NCBI GenBank assembly: GCA_964016885.1 | Contig: OZ024751.1 | Location: 4,774,001-4,838,000 of the forward strand | DNA: 64,000 nucleotides | Source: Eledone cirrhosa | Lineage: Eukaryota | Reading direction: 5' to 3' | Shown: positions 40,959-54,585 of the stretch, one piece after another | Layout: each line of letters begins with the position of its first letter | How positions within the stretch are numbered: position 1 is the first letter of the stretch | Position numbers and translations under genes: made by a program | Notes under the pieces: generated by a model | Told to the model about the DNA's origin: nothing | The model's input: only the letters and a program-made list of their open reading frames with translations | Databases searched by the model: none

Positions 40959-41627
40959 AAAGTTCTATTTAAAGTTGTTGGGATACAACAAGTAAATATT
41001 TTTATAACTGATATAAAGCACTCGACAAGTATTTGGAGTAGATATACGATATTAATAAATGGAAACTATATTTATAAAACCATATTTATTTCATTATACA
41101 TATTTCAGGGATACCACATTAAATTATAGTATGCCTTCATCAGACAAAATACAATATATAACAGTTTTACAAATAGCTTTGACGTACCCTTTTTCTATCT
41201 GTATGATGACTTGATATCTCTCTGTTGCTTTCCTTTGTTTGTTTTTCTTATTTCTTCCTTTTTTCTTTCTTTTTTATTTCCTCCTATCTTTATTTATCTC
41301 TTTCTTTTCTCCATACATTTCTCTCTCCGATATTTCTCCAGGTTTTCTTTCTCTCTCTTCGTCTTTTTTTCTTTTTTTCTTTCTCTCCGTCTTTTTCTAA
41401 TTCTGCTTAACACTATGACTTATTAAAACAATATAAACAATTCACTATCCAGACAGCCTCCAAAAGTAATGGTTGCATTTTAAAAGGGTACGTCAAAGCT
41501 ATTTGTAAAACTTTATATTTTGTATTTTGACTGATGAAGGCATACCATAATTTAATGTGGTATCCCTGAAATATGTATAATGAAATAAATATGGTTATAT
41601 AAATATAGTTTCCATTTATTAATATCG
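40957..41627. mobile_element. Family C fold-back element, copy 1, hammerhead in each arm
   Basis: Arms ~41046-41193 and ~41482-41629; plus arm has CUGAUGA-AGG-C-AUACCA...UGGUAU-C-CCU-GAAAUAUGUA at 41531-41577; ~90-bp unpaired tail on the left; (TA)n on both sides. Confidence 0.75.
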
Positions 41628-41674
<47 letters not shown>

Positions 41675-41676
<2 letters not shown>

Positions 41677-43468
41677 GTGAAAAATTGAACGGGAACAAAA
41701 CAGAGAGGCAATACGAACAAAGGTTTATTAGTTTCACGCTCTTGAGAGTGGGGTGGTGGTGGGGAACGACGTTTCGGGCATAAGCCCTTCTTCAGGTGAA
41801 AAGTGTGTGGGAAGAGAGTTCAAAGGGTGTGTAGGGGAGTGGTGGAGAGACATATAGCAAAAAGGGGGTGAGAGAAAACGGTGCAAATGAAATAAAAAAA
41901 AGGCATGATCAAAATAAAATTAAAATGGAGTAAAACAGGTGGTGGAAGGGTGTGGGGCGTGTAGGGGTGGTGGCGGGTGGAGTGGGGAGAGGGAGACGGG
42001 GTGTCCAAGCGGGGAGGGCTGAAGGTGGTGAGTGTGTGTAGGTGTACGTATGTGTGTGTGTGTTTATGTGAAAGCAAGGGTTGGGGGAAGAACGGGGTTG
42101 CATGTTCAGGAAGAGGTGTGTGTGGGGTGGGGTGTAGGTCGGAGTGTGTGTGGATAGAGGATTCCGGAGGCTGAATGTGTAAATATGTGGTGGTACGCAC
42201 GTGTGTGTGTGGTGTTTATGCGTGTTGTGGATGTAGGTGGCGTGTGGGGAAAAAAATTTTTTTGGGTGTATGTCCGGGGGTGAGTCGTAAAGGTAATTCC
42301 GTAAAAGGATGTGGTGGAATGCTGAGTAAAATCCTTGGGATGCGGTAGATTCTCGGGGTCAAGGTTCACATATGTGTAATCCGTGAAGAGATTGGTCGGA
42401 AGAGGGGAGATGTGGGGTGCGCGCGCAACAGGAAGTGGTCAGAGGGTCAAGGCAGGAGGAGGGTTGTGTGTCTGTGTGTGCGGGGAGGTGGTCAGAGAGG
42501 CATAGCAGCAGTAGGGTAGAATGGTAAGTGAAGAAAGTCGGTGTGTCAGTGTGTGCGGAGGTGCGGTGGACAGGGGAGAGGATGGGTAGGTGTGAAAGTT
42601 GGAGCGAGGAGGGGGTGTGTGTGTATTAGTAGAGGTGTTAGTGGGATGTGTGTGTGTTTGAGAAAGGGTGTGGGTGGAGCGGGGAGAGAAGCCTGTGGGG
42701 GCCGATGGAGGGAGTGTAGTGTACTGGTGTGTGTGTGCGTGTTTGGATGAGTGTGTGTGTGGTGAAGGGGGTGTTAGTGGGTGTTAGTATACTGGAGTTC
42801 GAGAAAAGGTTGAATGCGGGTGTGAGTGGGGGGTCAGTGGTGGTAGGGTGTGTAGAGTGGGTGGTGTAAGAGTGTGTGTGTGTTCGTGTGCGTAGGGTTG
42901 GGGAGGGGGGGTGTTAGTGATGTTAGTTGCGTGTAGAGTGGGTGGTGTAAGTGGGTGTGTGTGTTCGTGTGCTTGGGGTCAGCGGGTGTTAGTGATGTTA
43001 GTTGCGGGGTGGTGGGGTGGATGTGTGGGGGTGAGGGTTAGTGGTGGTAGTAGGGTGTGTGTTTAGTGTGAGCGCGTGTATATATTACCGGTGGGTGTGT
43101 GCATGTGATAAGGAGGGGGAGGAGAAGAAGGAGGGATGTTAGTATGTTAGTTGGGGAAGGGTGGTCGGATGTGGGGTGGAGGTGTTAGTATTGTTAGTTG
43201 TGGGGTGGGCGGTGAAAAGGAGGGGTGTGTTAGAGGTGTTAGTGGGGGATATGTGTGGGGGGAGGGGGGCGGTCGAAGGCTAAAGGAATAAGGGGGGGTT
43301 CAGGCCGGGGGGAGTGTGGGTCTGTAGGGTGAAGATGGTTCGTTGTTCGACCCTGAGGAGAGTGGCGGGTGTTCCGTGGCATTGGAGTAGGCCACAGACT
43401 GTGAGGTGGTGTGCGGAATGTCCAGGGGCACCAAAGTGGCGGGCGATGGGGGAACTACCACCGAGATA
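41675..43468 (-). mobile_element. 5'-truncated copy of the Neptune element (EN C-terminus, 3' UTR, pLTR; hammerhead at ~41766-41798)
   Basis: Collinear with 31141-32897; SSPIARHFGAPGHSAHHL...TLQTHTPPGLN; same 3' end beside (TA)n. Confidence 0.92.
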
Positions 43469-43537
43469 TGACGTTATAGTCACATATATATTATGAAATA
43501 CTGTTCGCTTCACGCTCACAATAATTTCTATACTTTC

Positions 43538-43577
<40 letters not shown>

Positions 43578-43580
<3 letters not shown>

Positions 43581-44003
43581 GATGTTATATTTAATTTGTT
43601 GGGATTCAACAAGCTTAAAAATTGTTATAACTGATATAAAGCATTCAACAAATTAGTGGAGTAAATAAACAATATATGGAAACTATATTTATAAAACCAT
43701 ATTTATTTTATTATATATATTTGAAGGGCAACCAAGGTAAATTATGGTGCGCTTTCATCAGATAAAATACAGATTTGTTTTATGAATAAATATTGGCATA
43801 CCCAGAAAAAAGACAACCCCAACGGCTGGGAAGCTCCAACTGTTAAGGTCGTCTTTTTTCCGGGTATGTCAATATTTATTTATAAAACAAATCTGTATTT
43901 TATCTGATGAAAGCGCACCATAATTTGCCTTGGTTGCCCTTCAAATATATATAATAAAATAAATATGGTTTTATAAATATAGTTTCCATTTATTAATATA
44001 TTG
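43578..44003. mobile_element. Family C fold-back element, copy 2
   Basis: Near-perfect hairpin ~43675-43992 with ~150-bp arms; tail homologous to 40957-41045; CUGAUGA intact, GAAA changed to CAAA in both arms. Confidence 0.78.
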
Positions 44004-44028
44004 TATATATATATATATATTATATATA

Positions 44029-44093
<65 letters not shown>

Positions 44094-44147
44094 ATATATA
44101 TATATATGTATACACACACACACACACACTAATATATATATATATAA

Positions 44148-44262
44148 TTCTTTCTCCTATTCTTTTATTTTTCACTGATTTAACTGCGACCATGCCGGGG
44201 CAACAGTTTTAGGAGATTTAGCCGTTCGTATCAACAGGAGTAACCTGACTAAAAATCATTTC
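44148..44262 (-). mobile_element. SINE 3' fragment
   Basis: Minus: CCCCGGCATGGTCGCAGTTAAATCAGTGAAAAATAAAAGAA resembles the 3' end of common octopus SINEs (recalled, not searched). Confidence 0.45.
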
Positions 44263-44429
44263 GAGGTACACACACATGAACACAAACACACACACTCACA
44301 CATATATATTTGTGTATGTGTGTGTGTGTTTGTATGCGTGTGTGTATATGTGTACACATATACATGTGTATGTGTATTTTTTTACATATTTATGCGTCCA
44401 ATTTGTACACACACACACTTCCACAAACA

Positions 44430-44712
44430 ACACTCTTAACTCCCGCACACACGCAACATAATATGCACCCCACCCACACACGACCACCTCGACCTCCACC
44501 CGCGCGCGCCCGAACCACACCCCCAACCATCGTAACTCCCCCTCTCCTTTTTATTTGCTTTGCGTTTTTCCTTTTTATTGCCTTTATTCCTTTTTGTTAT
44601 TCCCGATGAAGGGTAAATACCCGACACGTGGACTGCTTAACTCTCTTTCTTTTAAGCGTGATACTAATAAGACTTCATGTTAATGTATCTTCTTGTTTGT
44701 TTGTTTCTTGTG

Positions 44713-44716
<4 letters not shown>
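44430..44716 (+). mobile_element. Old Neptune-like pLTR remnant with decayed hammerhead (44602-44630)
   Basis: C/A-rich tract, then CCGAUGA-A-GGGU-AAAU-ACCC-GACACGUG; ends at (TA)n. Confidence 0.5.
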
Positions 44717-44787
<71 letters not shown>

Positions 44788-44833
44788 AAATAAAATAAAT
44801 AAGTCAAATGTTTAAAATTTAGCTTCGTTTATT

Positions 44834-44890
44834 ACTGCTATATATATATTTCGGTGACAGCCATCTTTGGCTGTGACCTCTTCAGGCAGT
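44834..44890 (-). ncRNA. Intact-looking type I hammerhead ribozyme
   Basis: ACUGC-CUGAAGA-GGU-C-ACAGCCA-AAG-A-UGGCUGU-C-ACC-GAA-AUAUAUAUAU-A/GCAGU; perfect 5-bp stem I and long stem II. Confidence 0.85.
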
Positions 44891-45009
44891 CCGAATTAGT
44901 GTGGTATATACAAGTACATATGTTGTTGAGGTGTATAACTTTGTCAATACTCTGATATGCTTAGTTCCTGGTTGGGTTGTTATTTCACTGAGGATATATA
45001 TATATATAC

Positions 45010-45318
45010 ATGAAAATTAGAATTGGTACTCTGCAATAGCGATGTATACATGAATGTATGTATAGTATATAGTATATTTGGCAATATACTGTATGGTTAA
45101 TTAAAAACAATTTGAAGACCTTGCGCTATTATTTTAAAGTAGTGACTATGTCACTTACTTCTTTTTTGAACAAACAAAGGGAGATAAGCTGACAGATCTG
45201 TTTCATACTGTTTGTTGAAAAAAGAAGTAAGTGACATAGTCACTACTTTAAAATAATAGCACAAGGTCTTCAAAATGTTTTTAATTAAGCATACAGTATA
45301 TTGCCAAATATACTATAT
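45010..45318. mobile_element. Family D fold-back element
   Basis: Arms ~45067-45176 and ~45209-45318; spacer carries minus-strand GAAAC-AGAUCU-GUC; left tail; (TA)n flanks. Confidence 0.7.
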
Positions 45319-45328
45319 ATATATATTC

Positions 45329-45408
<80 letters not shown>

Positions 45409-45409
45409 A

Positions 45410-46153
45410 ATTACACAAGTATCAAAGTTATGTTCAAATCATTTAATCGCTGACAATTGTTTCTTCCAAACTTTAGTTTGGAGTCATCGGAGCATTGTTT
45501 GTACATATAATTAACCTCCTATTCAACTGAAGAATCATATAGATACATATATATTGATGTCGTAAACAACAGTTTACTATATATAAGGTGTAATGGATGC
45601 GACATATATTATACGAGAATTGTACAATAATTCAAATTAAGATTAAAATTAAAGTTAAAATTAAAAGCACAGAGTGGAATACATGCGACAGATAATACAA
45701 GAGAATAGTCTAATAATTAAAGAGGCATTAAAAAAGAAGTATTCAAGCGTGTAGAGATTGTACATGCGTTAGTCATATATATGGGAAATATGGGAAGGAA
45801 ACAAGCAAATGTGTTAGGCATATATGAGTACTGTATGGCAAGGTATTAATGTTGTCAGCAGGAATAGTCTTCATTCTCATTGGTCAGTTTGTAGATGGTA
45901 GTAAGGTTGGTATTTGACCTCAAAGAGGCAGGTGGTTCTGTAAAGTTCAAACCGTCAGGCAAGATGACAATAGTTCCATATGACTGATTTTCACAAAAGG
46001 CATTCCTGGTCAGATATATATTCAAATAAGGTTAATAGTATGAAATAGATACTACAGGTCATTCTTAAATTGAGGAATTTATGTGGAGTGGTGCTACTGA
46101 AATTTATGGTTGGAGTAAAACATTTACAAATAAAAAGACTTATGTAGGTTGGC
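45410..46153 (-). mobile_element. PLE 3' remnant with hammerhead at 45448-45494
   Basis: GCU-CCGAUGA-CUCCAAAC-UAAA-GUUUGGAA-GAAAC-AAUU-GUC/AGC; upstream LPDGLN resembles the PxGLN end of Neptune GIY-YIG domains. Confidence 0.55.
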
Positions 46154-46407
46154 TTGCACTACACTCACACCCACCTCCACAGACACACACACACATCCAT
46201 ACATACAAAATGTGGGGTGGTAATACTTAATATAATGGTTAGAGTCCAATACTTAGATAGTTTAGAAAATTTAGAAATAACATTTATGCTGGTTCATTTG
46301 TACATACACTCACACCTACCCCCTCAAACACTCACAGATCTACACACACAAATCCACACAGGTGTGTGTATATATATATATGTATGCATGGATGTACGCA
46401 CAAGCAT

Positions 46408-46474
<67 letters not shown>

Positions 46475-46916
46475 TATATAAAATATATATATATATACAC
46501 AGAACATACATATATATAAAATATGTACATACAAAAATATAAAAAATATATATATACATAAAATACACACACACACAAAATATATACACACATAAAACAT
46601 ACATATATACATAAAATACACATACACATACACATATATATAAAATATATACATACATATCCATACATATATATAAAATACACATATATACACATATAAA
46701 ATACATATATATATTCACATGATATACACATACATATATATAAAATCAGGTTCAATAAAACGTTGTTTAGATGACTCCTAACCAGTAGAGGATCCGGTGG
46801 ACCATCCACCATAGGGACCACAAACCATGGGTGGTTGTTGTCGATTGGTCATTGGTACGGGGTGTAGGGGACCTACAGGGGGTGGGGGTGGGGCTTGTGG
46901 GAGGCCTTAACCGGGG

Positions 46917-47514
46917 TTATCCATATAGCTTGAGGAAAGTTCCCGTCCTTAGGTGTCTGCAGGCACCGAATAAGTCGGCCCTTCTGTTTAATAGCTTGGT
47001 TCCGCCATGAAGAATCTCGAGTGTCTCACTAAGACAGAGGTTGCAAATACCAGACCTGCCTCTGTCTGGGGGAACCTTTCTAACCACGGCCCAGACCAGA
47101 GAGTGCGGGGTCTTTTCAAGTTTGAGCTTCCAGATCAATTCAGAAAGGGCCGTACATTTCCTCTTATCTATTCTGTTAAAGGAATGGCGATGGTTATACC
47201 ACCGATCTTTGAAGCTCGTCGCTGTGGATCCTATGTAGTGGTGCTCCGAGTTAGGGGTTGTGACCTTGCACCTGTAGACCACGTTTTTCGTCATGCATTC
47301 ATTACTAAGGGGGCATAGTGATGGGTCTCTGCAATTACATGACTTCTTAAACCCCACCACATGTACCGCGTGGTTACCATCACTCGGGGTTGGCTGGGTA
47401 GCTTCCGCAATCAGCACCGGGTCGTTGGGTTCCGGTGTGCTAGTTGGGCCTGACCGGGTTCCGATGCGTCCCGCGTGCTGGTTCTGTTGGGTGGCTCCGG
47501 GGTTAACGGTGGTA
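46917..47514 (-). pseudogene. Naiad-type PLE GIY-YIG endonuclease, 5'-truncated
   Basis: CNCRDPSLCPLSNECMTKNVVYRC...YIGSTATSFKDRWYNH...CNLCLSE...LLNRRADLFGACRH. Confidence 0.88.
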
Positions 47515-47529
47515 TTATATATATATATA

Positions 47530-47731
47530 TAGTGGTAGAACACTGGAAGGTAATATCCGTAGTGGTAGAGCACTCAGTCCACGGGACGAGTTAGGTAGAA
47601 GTGGTTACACAACAGTTAGTTCACCATACCGAGAACAATTGTTTCACCTTAGCGGATCCTCAGCTGAGGGTCCGCTAATGTGAAACAATTGTTCTCGGTA
47701 TGGTGAAGTAACTGTTGTGTAACCACTTCTA
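47530..47731. mobile_element. Family B fold-back element, copy 1
   Basis: Near-perfect palindrome 47596-47731 centred on CAGCTG (47661-47666); arms read CUGAGG(A/G)-UCCGCUAA(G/U)GU-GAAAC-AAUU-GUU-CUCGG; ~65-bp tail. Confidence 0.8.
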
Positions 47732-48499
47732 TATCTACTATATAAATTGGAAGTGGTCGGACGTTGTATATTTAAGTAAGTAGGTGTAGTCGGATAAATG
47801 TCGAAACGGCTTGGTGGAATGCAGCGAAAATTTACACAGTTATGCAGAATGACCCGAAGAGGCGTTGGGTCGACTTTTAGGGTACAAGCTACCATGATTA
47901 TGGAGAAATCGATGAAACAAGAATTTCCCATTCAAATTGAACTGAGAGTAATCTGTGAAAGGCGGAAGTCAATATTTCGAGAAACGTTCCAACCGAACGA
48001 AAACAGGAAGACGATATTTTGGTTCGTGAAGACGTTCCCTGGCAATGGACGGGAAAAAAAGCGAGGATAATACGTCGTTATGTGGAGCGGGAAGAACAAT
48101 TTCATGCAAAGACAGGACTAAGTTTATGGTATAAATGGAGTCGTTAGACTAATATTCTATTTAACATAACAGAATGATTTCCAGCCCCGGAGTTTAAGAA
48201 TGATGTAAATAAAATTGAAAACGAAAATGACAGAGGTTATTAAAATAGTAAAAGTAAATAGTGAAGATTTAGGCCAGTACATACATATGCCCCGACGGAC
48301 ATACACATACATACGCACACACAAATACATACCCCCCCCCCAACACACAAGCGCACACACACACACACACGAGCGCGCGCGTGTATAAACCTTATGCATT
48401 TCTACAGTATTTTCACCAAACTTAAGACATAGGTTACTTATGTACTCCGGATGGTCATGGGCATTCTCATTTTTCCAGATATTGATTATAGGGCGCAGA

Positions 48500-48810
48500 T
48501 AAACCTCTTTAACCACTTCCTTGGAGTCGACTGAAGCACTGCAGTGCAATGCAACAAAACGTCATAACTTCTGGAGTTCGCAACCGATTTTCACAAAACT
48601 TGACACATGGGCTGCGTTTGTCCTACAGATGAATGGGAACTCTCAGAATTGGCACATATTGAGTAGGGGACCCCTGGGGGCAGGAACTCTCTTTTGGAAA
48701 AAGCCGATCATTTTGTAAAAGTATAGTTTTCGAAGTAGCACTGAAGTATTGACATAAATGGTATACACAACTCCTATTTAATACCCGAGCAACGCCGGGT
48801 ACCTCTGCTA

Positions 48811-48811
<1 letters not shown>
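48500..48811 (+). mobile_element. Helitron 3' part (left boundary uncertain)
   Basis: CCCGAGCAACGCCGGG hairpin then CTAG-T, identical to the hairpin at 37231; internal AACCGATTTTCACAAAACTTG. Confidence 0.7.
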
Positions 48812-48852
<41 letters not shown>

Positions 48853-48889
48853 TATATTTATTAAAATAACAGATTAAAGTTTAAGCAAA

Positions 48890-48937
<48 letters not shown>

Positions 48938-48952
48938 CTGTATATATATACA

Positions 48953-49200
48953 TCTATCTATACATATATATAAAACTGTAGTTGTCTGTGTGTGTGTCCT
49001 CATTTTTGCAAAGTCTATACAAATCCACATTTCTACTCCGATTGACTTCAAACTTACATTTATATATTCCTTGCGGTCTAAAGATATTAACTGCAGCTTT
49101 TAGTTTTCAATTTTCTCTTGTTAAAGTAGTGTTAGGCGCCGGTTATCGATCTCCGTCGCGCCCTTATAATATCTGTCTGTATGTCTGACTGTCTGCATAA
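48953..49200 (+). mobile_element. Helitron-like 5' end; inverted copy at 50301-50340; a 3' end at 51158-51178
   Basis: TCTATCTATACATATATATAAAACTGTAGTTGTCTGTGTGTGTGTCC; AACGCCGGGATACACTGCTAGT downstream. Confidence 0.5.
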
Positions 49201-49245
49201 CGACATTATGACCAACACGTCATTGCTGACGTAATATCTTCGCCA

Positions 49246-49307
<62 letters not shown>

Positions 49308-49406
49308 TATATATACATATACATATATATACATATACGTATATATATATATATATATACACATATATATACACGTATATACATATACACACACATATAT
49401 ACACAT

Positions 49407-49441
<35 letters not shown>

Positions 49442-49779
49442 CATATATATACATGCCTACATATACAAACACATATACACACATATATAAACACATATAC
49501 TTATATATAAATATACACATAAAAATCTATCGATCTATCTAGGGCGGGTAAAATTCCCGAGATCCATGGACGAATTCTCTCCAGCGTGGGTTTTGGCCGT
49601 GTAAAAAAGGTTATAACAAGAAGATAGAAATATCAAAAAATTCATGAGGGTCACTCATGTCGAAAACAACACAAAAGACCACGGCCACCCTGACCACCAG
49701 AGCAAGCGCTCTCTCTCAGTTTTCCACTCCTCAGTCTACATGCGCATAATCAGAGCGGGCCCGGTCAAGCGCCGGACAT

Positions 49780-50300
49780 GTCCAGCTGCTCGGCACCGCT
49801 CCCAAGGAATATGAAGCAGTGACAGGAGCAAAGTTAAACCAGGAAAAGTCGGTGGGATTGCAGCTCGGCACCTGGAGAGACAAGTCCATGTCGCCCGACA
49901 GCGTCGTGGGGCGCTGGACGGAAGGACCGGTTAAATTGCTCGGGGTCTGGTTCGGTCCGGACTTCCAGATGGAGAAAAACTAGAGCGAGGTGACGAACAG
50001 GGTAACCTCTCTCACCCAGAAATGGGCAGAGAGGAAGCTGTCCCTGAAAGGTCGGGCAGAGGTGGCGAATGCGTTCATCGCATCCGTCATCTGCTACCGC
50101 CTAACCGTTGTGTCTTGCCCCGGCCCAACTCTGACAAAAATGGAGCGCCTCCTCTTCCGCTTTTTATGGAAGGGACATGCTCCCATGGTCAGACGATCCA
50201 TCTGTTGTCAACACCCGTTGCGTGGAGGGTTGGGCATGCCGTGGCTGATGATGCGCAAACACGCGCTGAGGCTGCGACATCTATGGTGCTTCCTTGACGG
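49780..50300 (+). pseudogene. L1/Tx1-clade ORF2 fragment (RT C-terminal region)
   Basis: YEAVTGAKLNQEKS...VKLLGVWFG...WAERKLSLKGRAEVAN...FRFLWKG...GGLGMP. Confidence 0.88.
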
Positions 50301-50439
50301 TGCAAAAATGAGGACACACACAGACAATTTCACTTTTATATGTATGTGTAAATATACATACATATACAAACACATAAATATACACATATACATATATATA
50401 AATATACACATAAAAATATATCTATCTATCTAGGGCGGG

Positions 50440-50896
50440 TGACTATGGTGAAAGAAGTTATATGGGGGACGAGGTTGAGAGGACTGAGGACAGATGCCTT
50501 TCTCTCCGGACAACAATTGATTCCCTTCTTTAAGTATCACTTTAGAAGGAGAATCAGGGTAGAGAGAGAGGCACTGCACCCCAGTAAATTTACTGAAAGG
50601 TGGGTGAATGAAGCGAAAATGGCCCGAGTGATTGGGCCTTCTCTGTTTATAAGCCTGTAGGTTGAAGAAGAGAGCAAAAGGAAGAAAGGAGCACTTGCAC
50701 AACACGCTCCTGGAGTTGAGGGTTGTTCTATCGACGGGGTATTAAACAACCCATTTGTGACGCCTCCCCCCTATTGGGGATTTCGATTGTTGAAATTGTT
50801 TGTTTTTTATATTTTTTACACGACTGTATGTAAAATCCCCGGCATGTCTTTGTATTGTCCCCTTTTTTTGTTGCGCCCTTGTGGCTAATAAAGAAA
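50440..50896 (+). mobile_element. 5'-truncated Tx1-like LINE 3' end with 19-bp target-site duplication
   Basis: KEVIWGTR...RIRVEREAL...FTERW; 3' UTR ends AATAAAGAAA; TCTATCTATCTAGGGCGGG at 50421-50439 and 50897-50915. Confidence 0.75.
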
Positions 50897-51135
50897 TCTA
50901 TCTATCTAGGGCGGGAAAAGTTCCCGATATCCATGGACGAGTTCTCTCCAGCGGTCTCTGTCCCTCATTATCGCTGCCATGTCCGGCGTCTCCAACAAAC
51001 CAGTGTCTGTCCTTAGGGCATCAACATATGTTAACTTCGGTCTTCCTCTTCCACTGTGTCCATGCAGGGGCTCCCACAGGAGCACTGAGTGCAATGTCAA
51101 CTCTGGATGTCGGTGAGCATGTTCAATTCGTGAGT
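50897..51135 (-). mobile_element. RTE-like LINE 3' fragment with (TAGA)n tail
   Basis: VLLWEPLHGHSGRGRPKLTYVDALRTDTG...MRDRDRWR; a second short copy of the same end at 49525-49587. Confidence 0.82.
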
Positions 51136-51268
51136 TTTTAACAGGCACTCACAAATAAACGCCGGGATACACTGCTAGTATATATATATATAATATATAT
51201 ATCCTTATCGAGTCCTCTTTGGATTTTAGTCTTCATATTTATTATTATTACACTATATATATATATAT

Positions 51269-51468
51269 GAAAAGAGTCAGGTCCCCGACGGCTGAGCTCT
51301 GGCCGTTTCGACAGCTAGATCCGAACTAGATCGGATCTAGCTGTTGAAACGGCCGGAGCTCAGCCGTCGGGGTCCTGATTCTTTCCCCATTACCCACTCT
51401 ACTACCCATAGTATCAAGTACTCTGATGCGTTATGGTCCACCTGGTCCCTTACCATACTTTCTTCGTT
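51269..51468. mobile_element. Family A hairpin-plus-tail insertion
   Basis: Arms 51269-51324 / 51331-51385, 6-nt loop, ~83-bp tail, (TA)n flanks; GAAACGGC...GCCGUC half hammerhead. Confidence 0.78.
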
Positions 51469-51502
51469 ATATATATATATTGTATATATATATATATATA
51501 TA

Positions 51503-51710
51503 TAGGAAAAGTGTCAGGACCCCGACGGCTGAGCTCTGGCCGTTTCGACATCTAGGTCCGAACTCTAGCTGTTCGGATATAGCTGTCCAAACTGCCGGGG
51601 CTCAGCCGTCGGGGTCCTGACTCTTTTCCTATTACCCACTCTACTACCCTAAGTATTGAGTACTCTGGTGCATTATGGTCCACCTGGTTTCTTCCCACAC
51701 CTCCTTTGTT
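51503..51710. mobile_element. Family A hairpin-plus-tail insertion, second adjacent copy
   Basis: Arms 51503-51563 / 51571-51631, 7-nt loop, same tail. Confidence 0.78.
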
Positions 51711-51711
51711 A

Positions 51712-52897
<1,186 letters not shown>

Positions 52898-52918
52898 ATA
52901 ATAATAAATTTGAAGACT

Positions 52919-52978
52919 TTAGTCCAGAAATAGCCGTCGAAACGGCTTGAGATCTGCCGTCGGGGTCATACTTTCTCC

Positions 52979-52982
<4 letters not shown>
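52919..52982 (+). mobile_element. Family A half-hammerhead fragment ending at the internal site
   Basis: GTC-GAAACGGC-TTGAGATCT-GCCGTC-GGGGTCATACTTTCTCCTA then (TA)n. Confidence 0.6.
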
Positions 52983-53029
<47 letters not shown>

Positions 53030-53074
53030 TGTGTGTGTTCGACACACTATCTCTCTCTCTCACTCTCTCTCTCC

Positions 53075-53129
<55 letters not shown>

Positions 53130-53665
53130 CCATGAAGTAACCAAGTGTTAATTAGCGAAAACATCAACAAACACTTACCTGTATGTTTGTACAGGTTCAT
53201 AACAAACGATTTCCAATATTCAATATCCGTTACTTATTTTTTTCTTCGTTCTTCCTTCTGTGTTTTTTCTTTTTTTTTCTTTCACATTTTATTTTTGCCT
53301 AATTTCTCTTTTCTACTTTCAACCCAGAACGCAATAATAATTCGACAGTTTACGATAAATATATTGTCGTTGAAAAATGCATGAACGTCACATAATCCCA
53401 ATACATCTCCTGTGGTGACTCTGTTTCTTCGAACCTCTGATTGAGAAATTGTTGTTGCTGCTATTGTTGTGTTTGTATGAAACAAGTCGTATAAAAAAAA
53501 AGGAAAGAAAAAGAAAAACAGTTTCTTTTTATCGCTGTTTCGTATAGTTCCAGGGAGATTCTAAATATTCATATATACATTTATATATATGTTAATTATT
53601 AATACAGATAAAAAGTTTTAAGCAATGAATTACTGCTTTCACCGTAAATAATATTTGCTCTACGA

Positions 53666-53722
<57 letters not shown>

Positions 53723-54009
53723 ATCCTTATGGAAACCTCTTCGGATTTTGGTGTTTGTATTTATTATTACTATATATATATTTACATGTATACATTGTAT
53801 TTTTTGCCCTTATATTATAGTTATTTAGTGCTGAATTGATAATATTCCCTCCAACTCGTCTAAAATATATCAGTTTCCTCCTATTGCAGTTTTACTGTTA
53901 ATCTGTTGTTTGTTGTTGAAGTGTTTCGAAGCAACTCATTTATTCAAGTAATTCGGAGTTAGTTTAGTGTAGGGTAAGTGGAGATAACTCTCACTCACTA
54001 CTTACTATT

Positions 54010-54250
54010 AACACCTCCACCATCACCACCATCATCATTATGATCATCCCTGCCGTCACCACCATCACCACCACCACCACCACCACAGCAACCACCGACA
54101 ACACCACCGTCACTGACACAACGACAACCACCACCAACATTATCGCTGCCACCACTACAACCGTTGCCACCACCACCACCACCACCACCACCACCACACC
54201 CACAGCCGTCACCGTCGCCACAGCAACCACCACCACCACCACCGCCGCCG
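54010..54250. repeat. Degenerate (ACC)n repeat
   Basis: Direct sequence. Confidence 0.9.
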
Positions 54251-54554
54251 TGACTTTAGTTTTTTTTTAATTGTTTACAACCTTGCTATTAATTCGTTTT
54301 TCTTACCTGTAAATATTTTAACAATTAATTAATGATTAAAGCTAGGATTAATTCAATGTCACACAGAAGACGTTAGGTTTTTTTTAATTTTTGTCAATTA
54401 TATTAATTTTTAAAACCCCTTTCCCTGTAACCTGTCTAACTACAACCCCTAAACTAACAGGATTAATAGTTTTATATGTATTAAAACCATTATTATTTAT
54501 TTTTATTATTATCTTTACCTTTGTTGTCAATAAAGACATTTTTATATTTAGTAA

Positions 54555-54585
<31 letters not shown>

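Noticed and set aside
52911-52918. TGAAGAC as the missing 5' core of the family A hammerhead
   Set aside because: It also matches the reverse complement of a separate small repeat at ~51228-51255, so it may not belong to family A.
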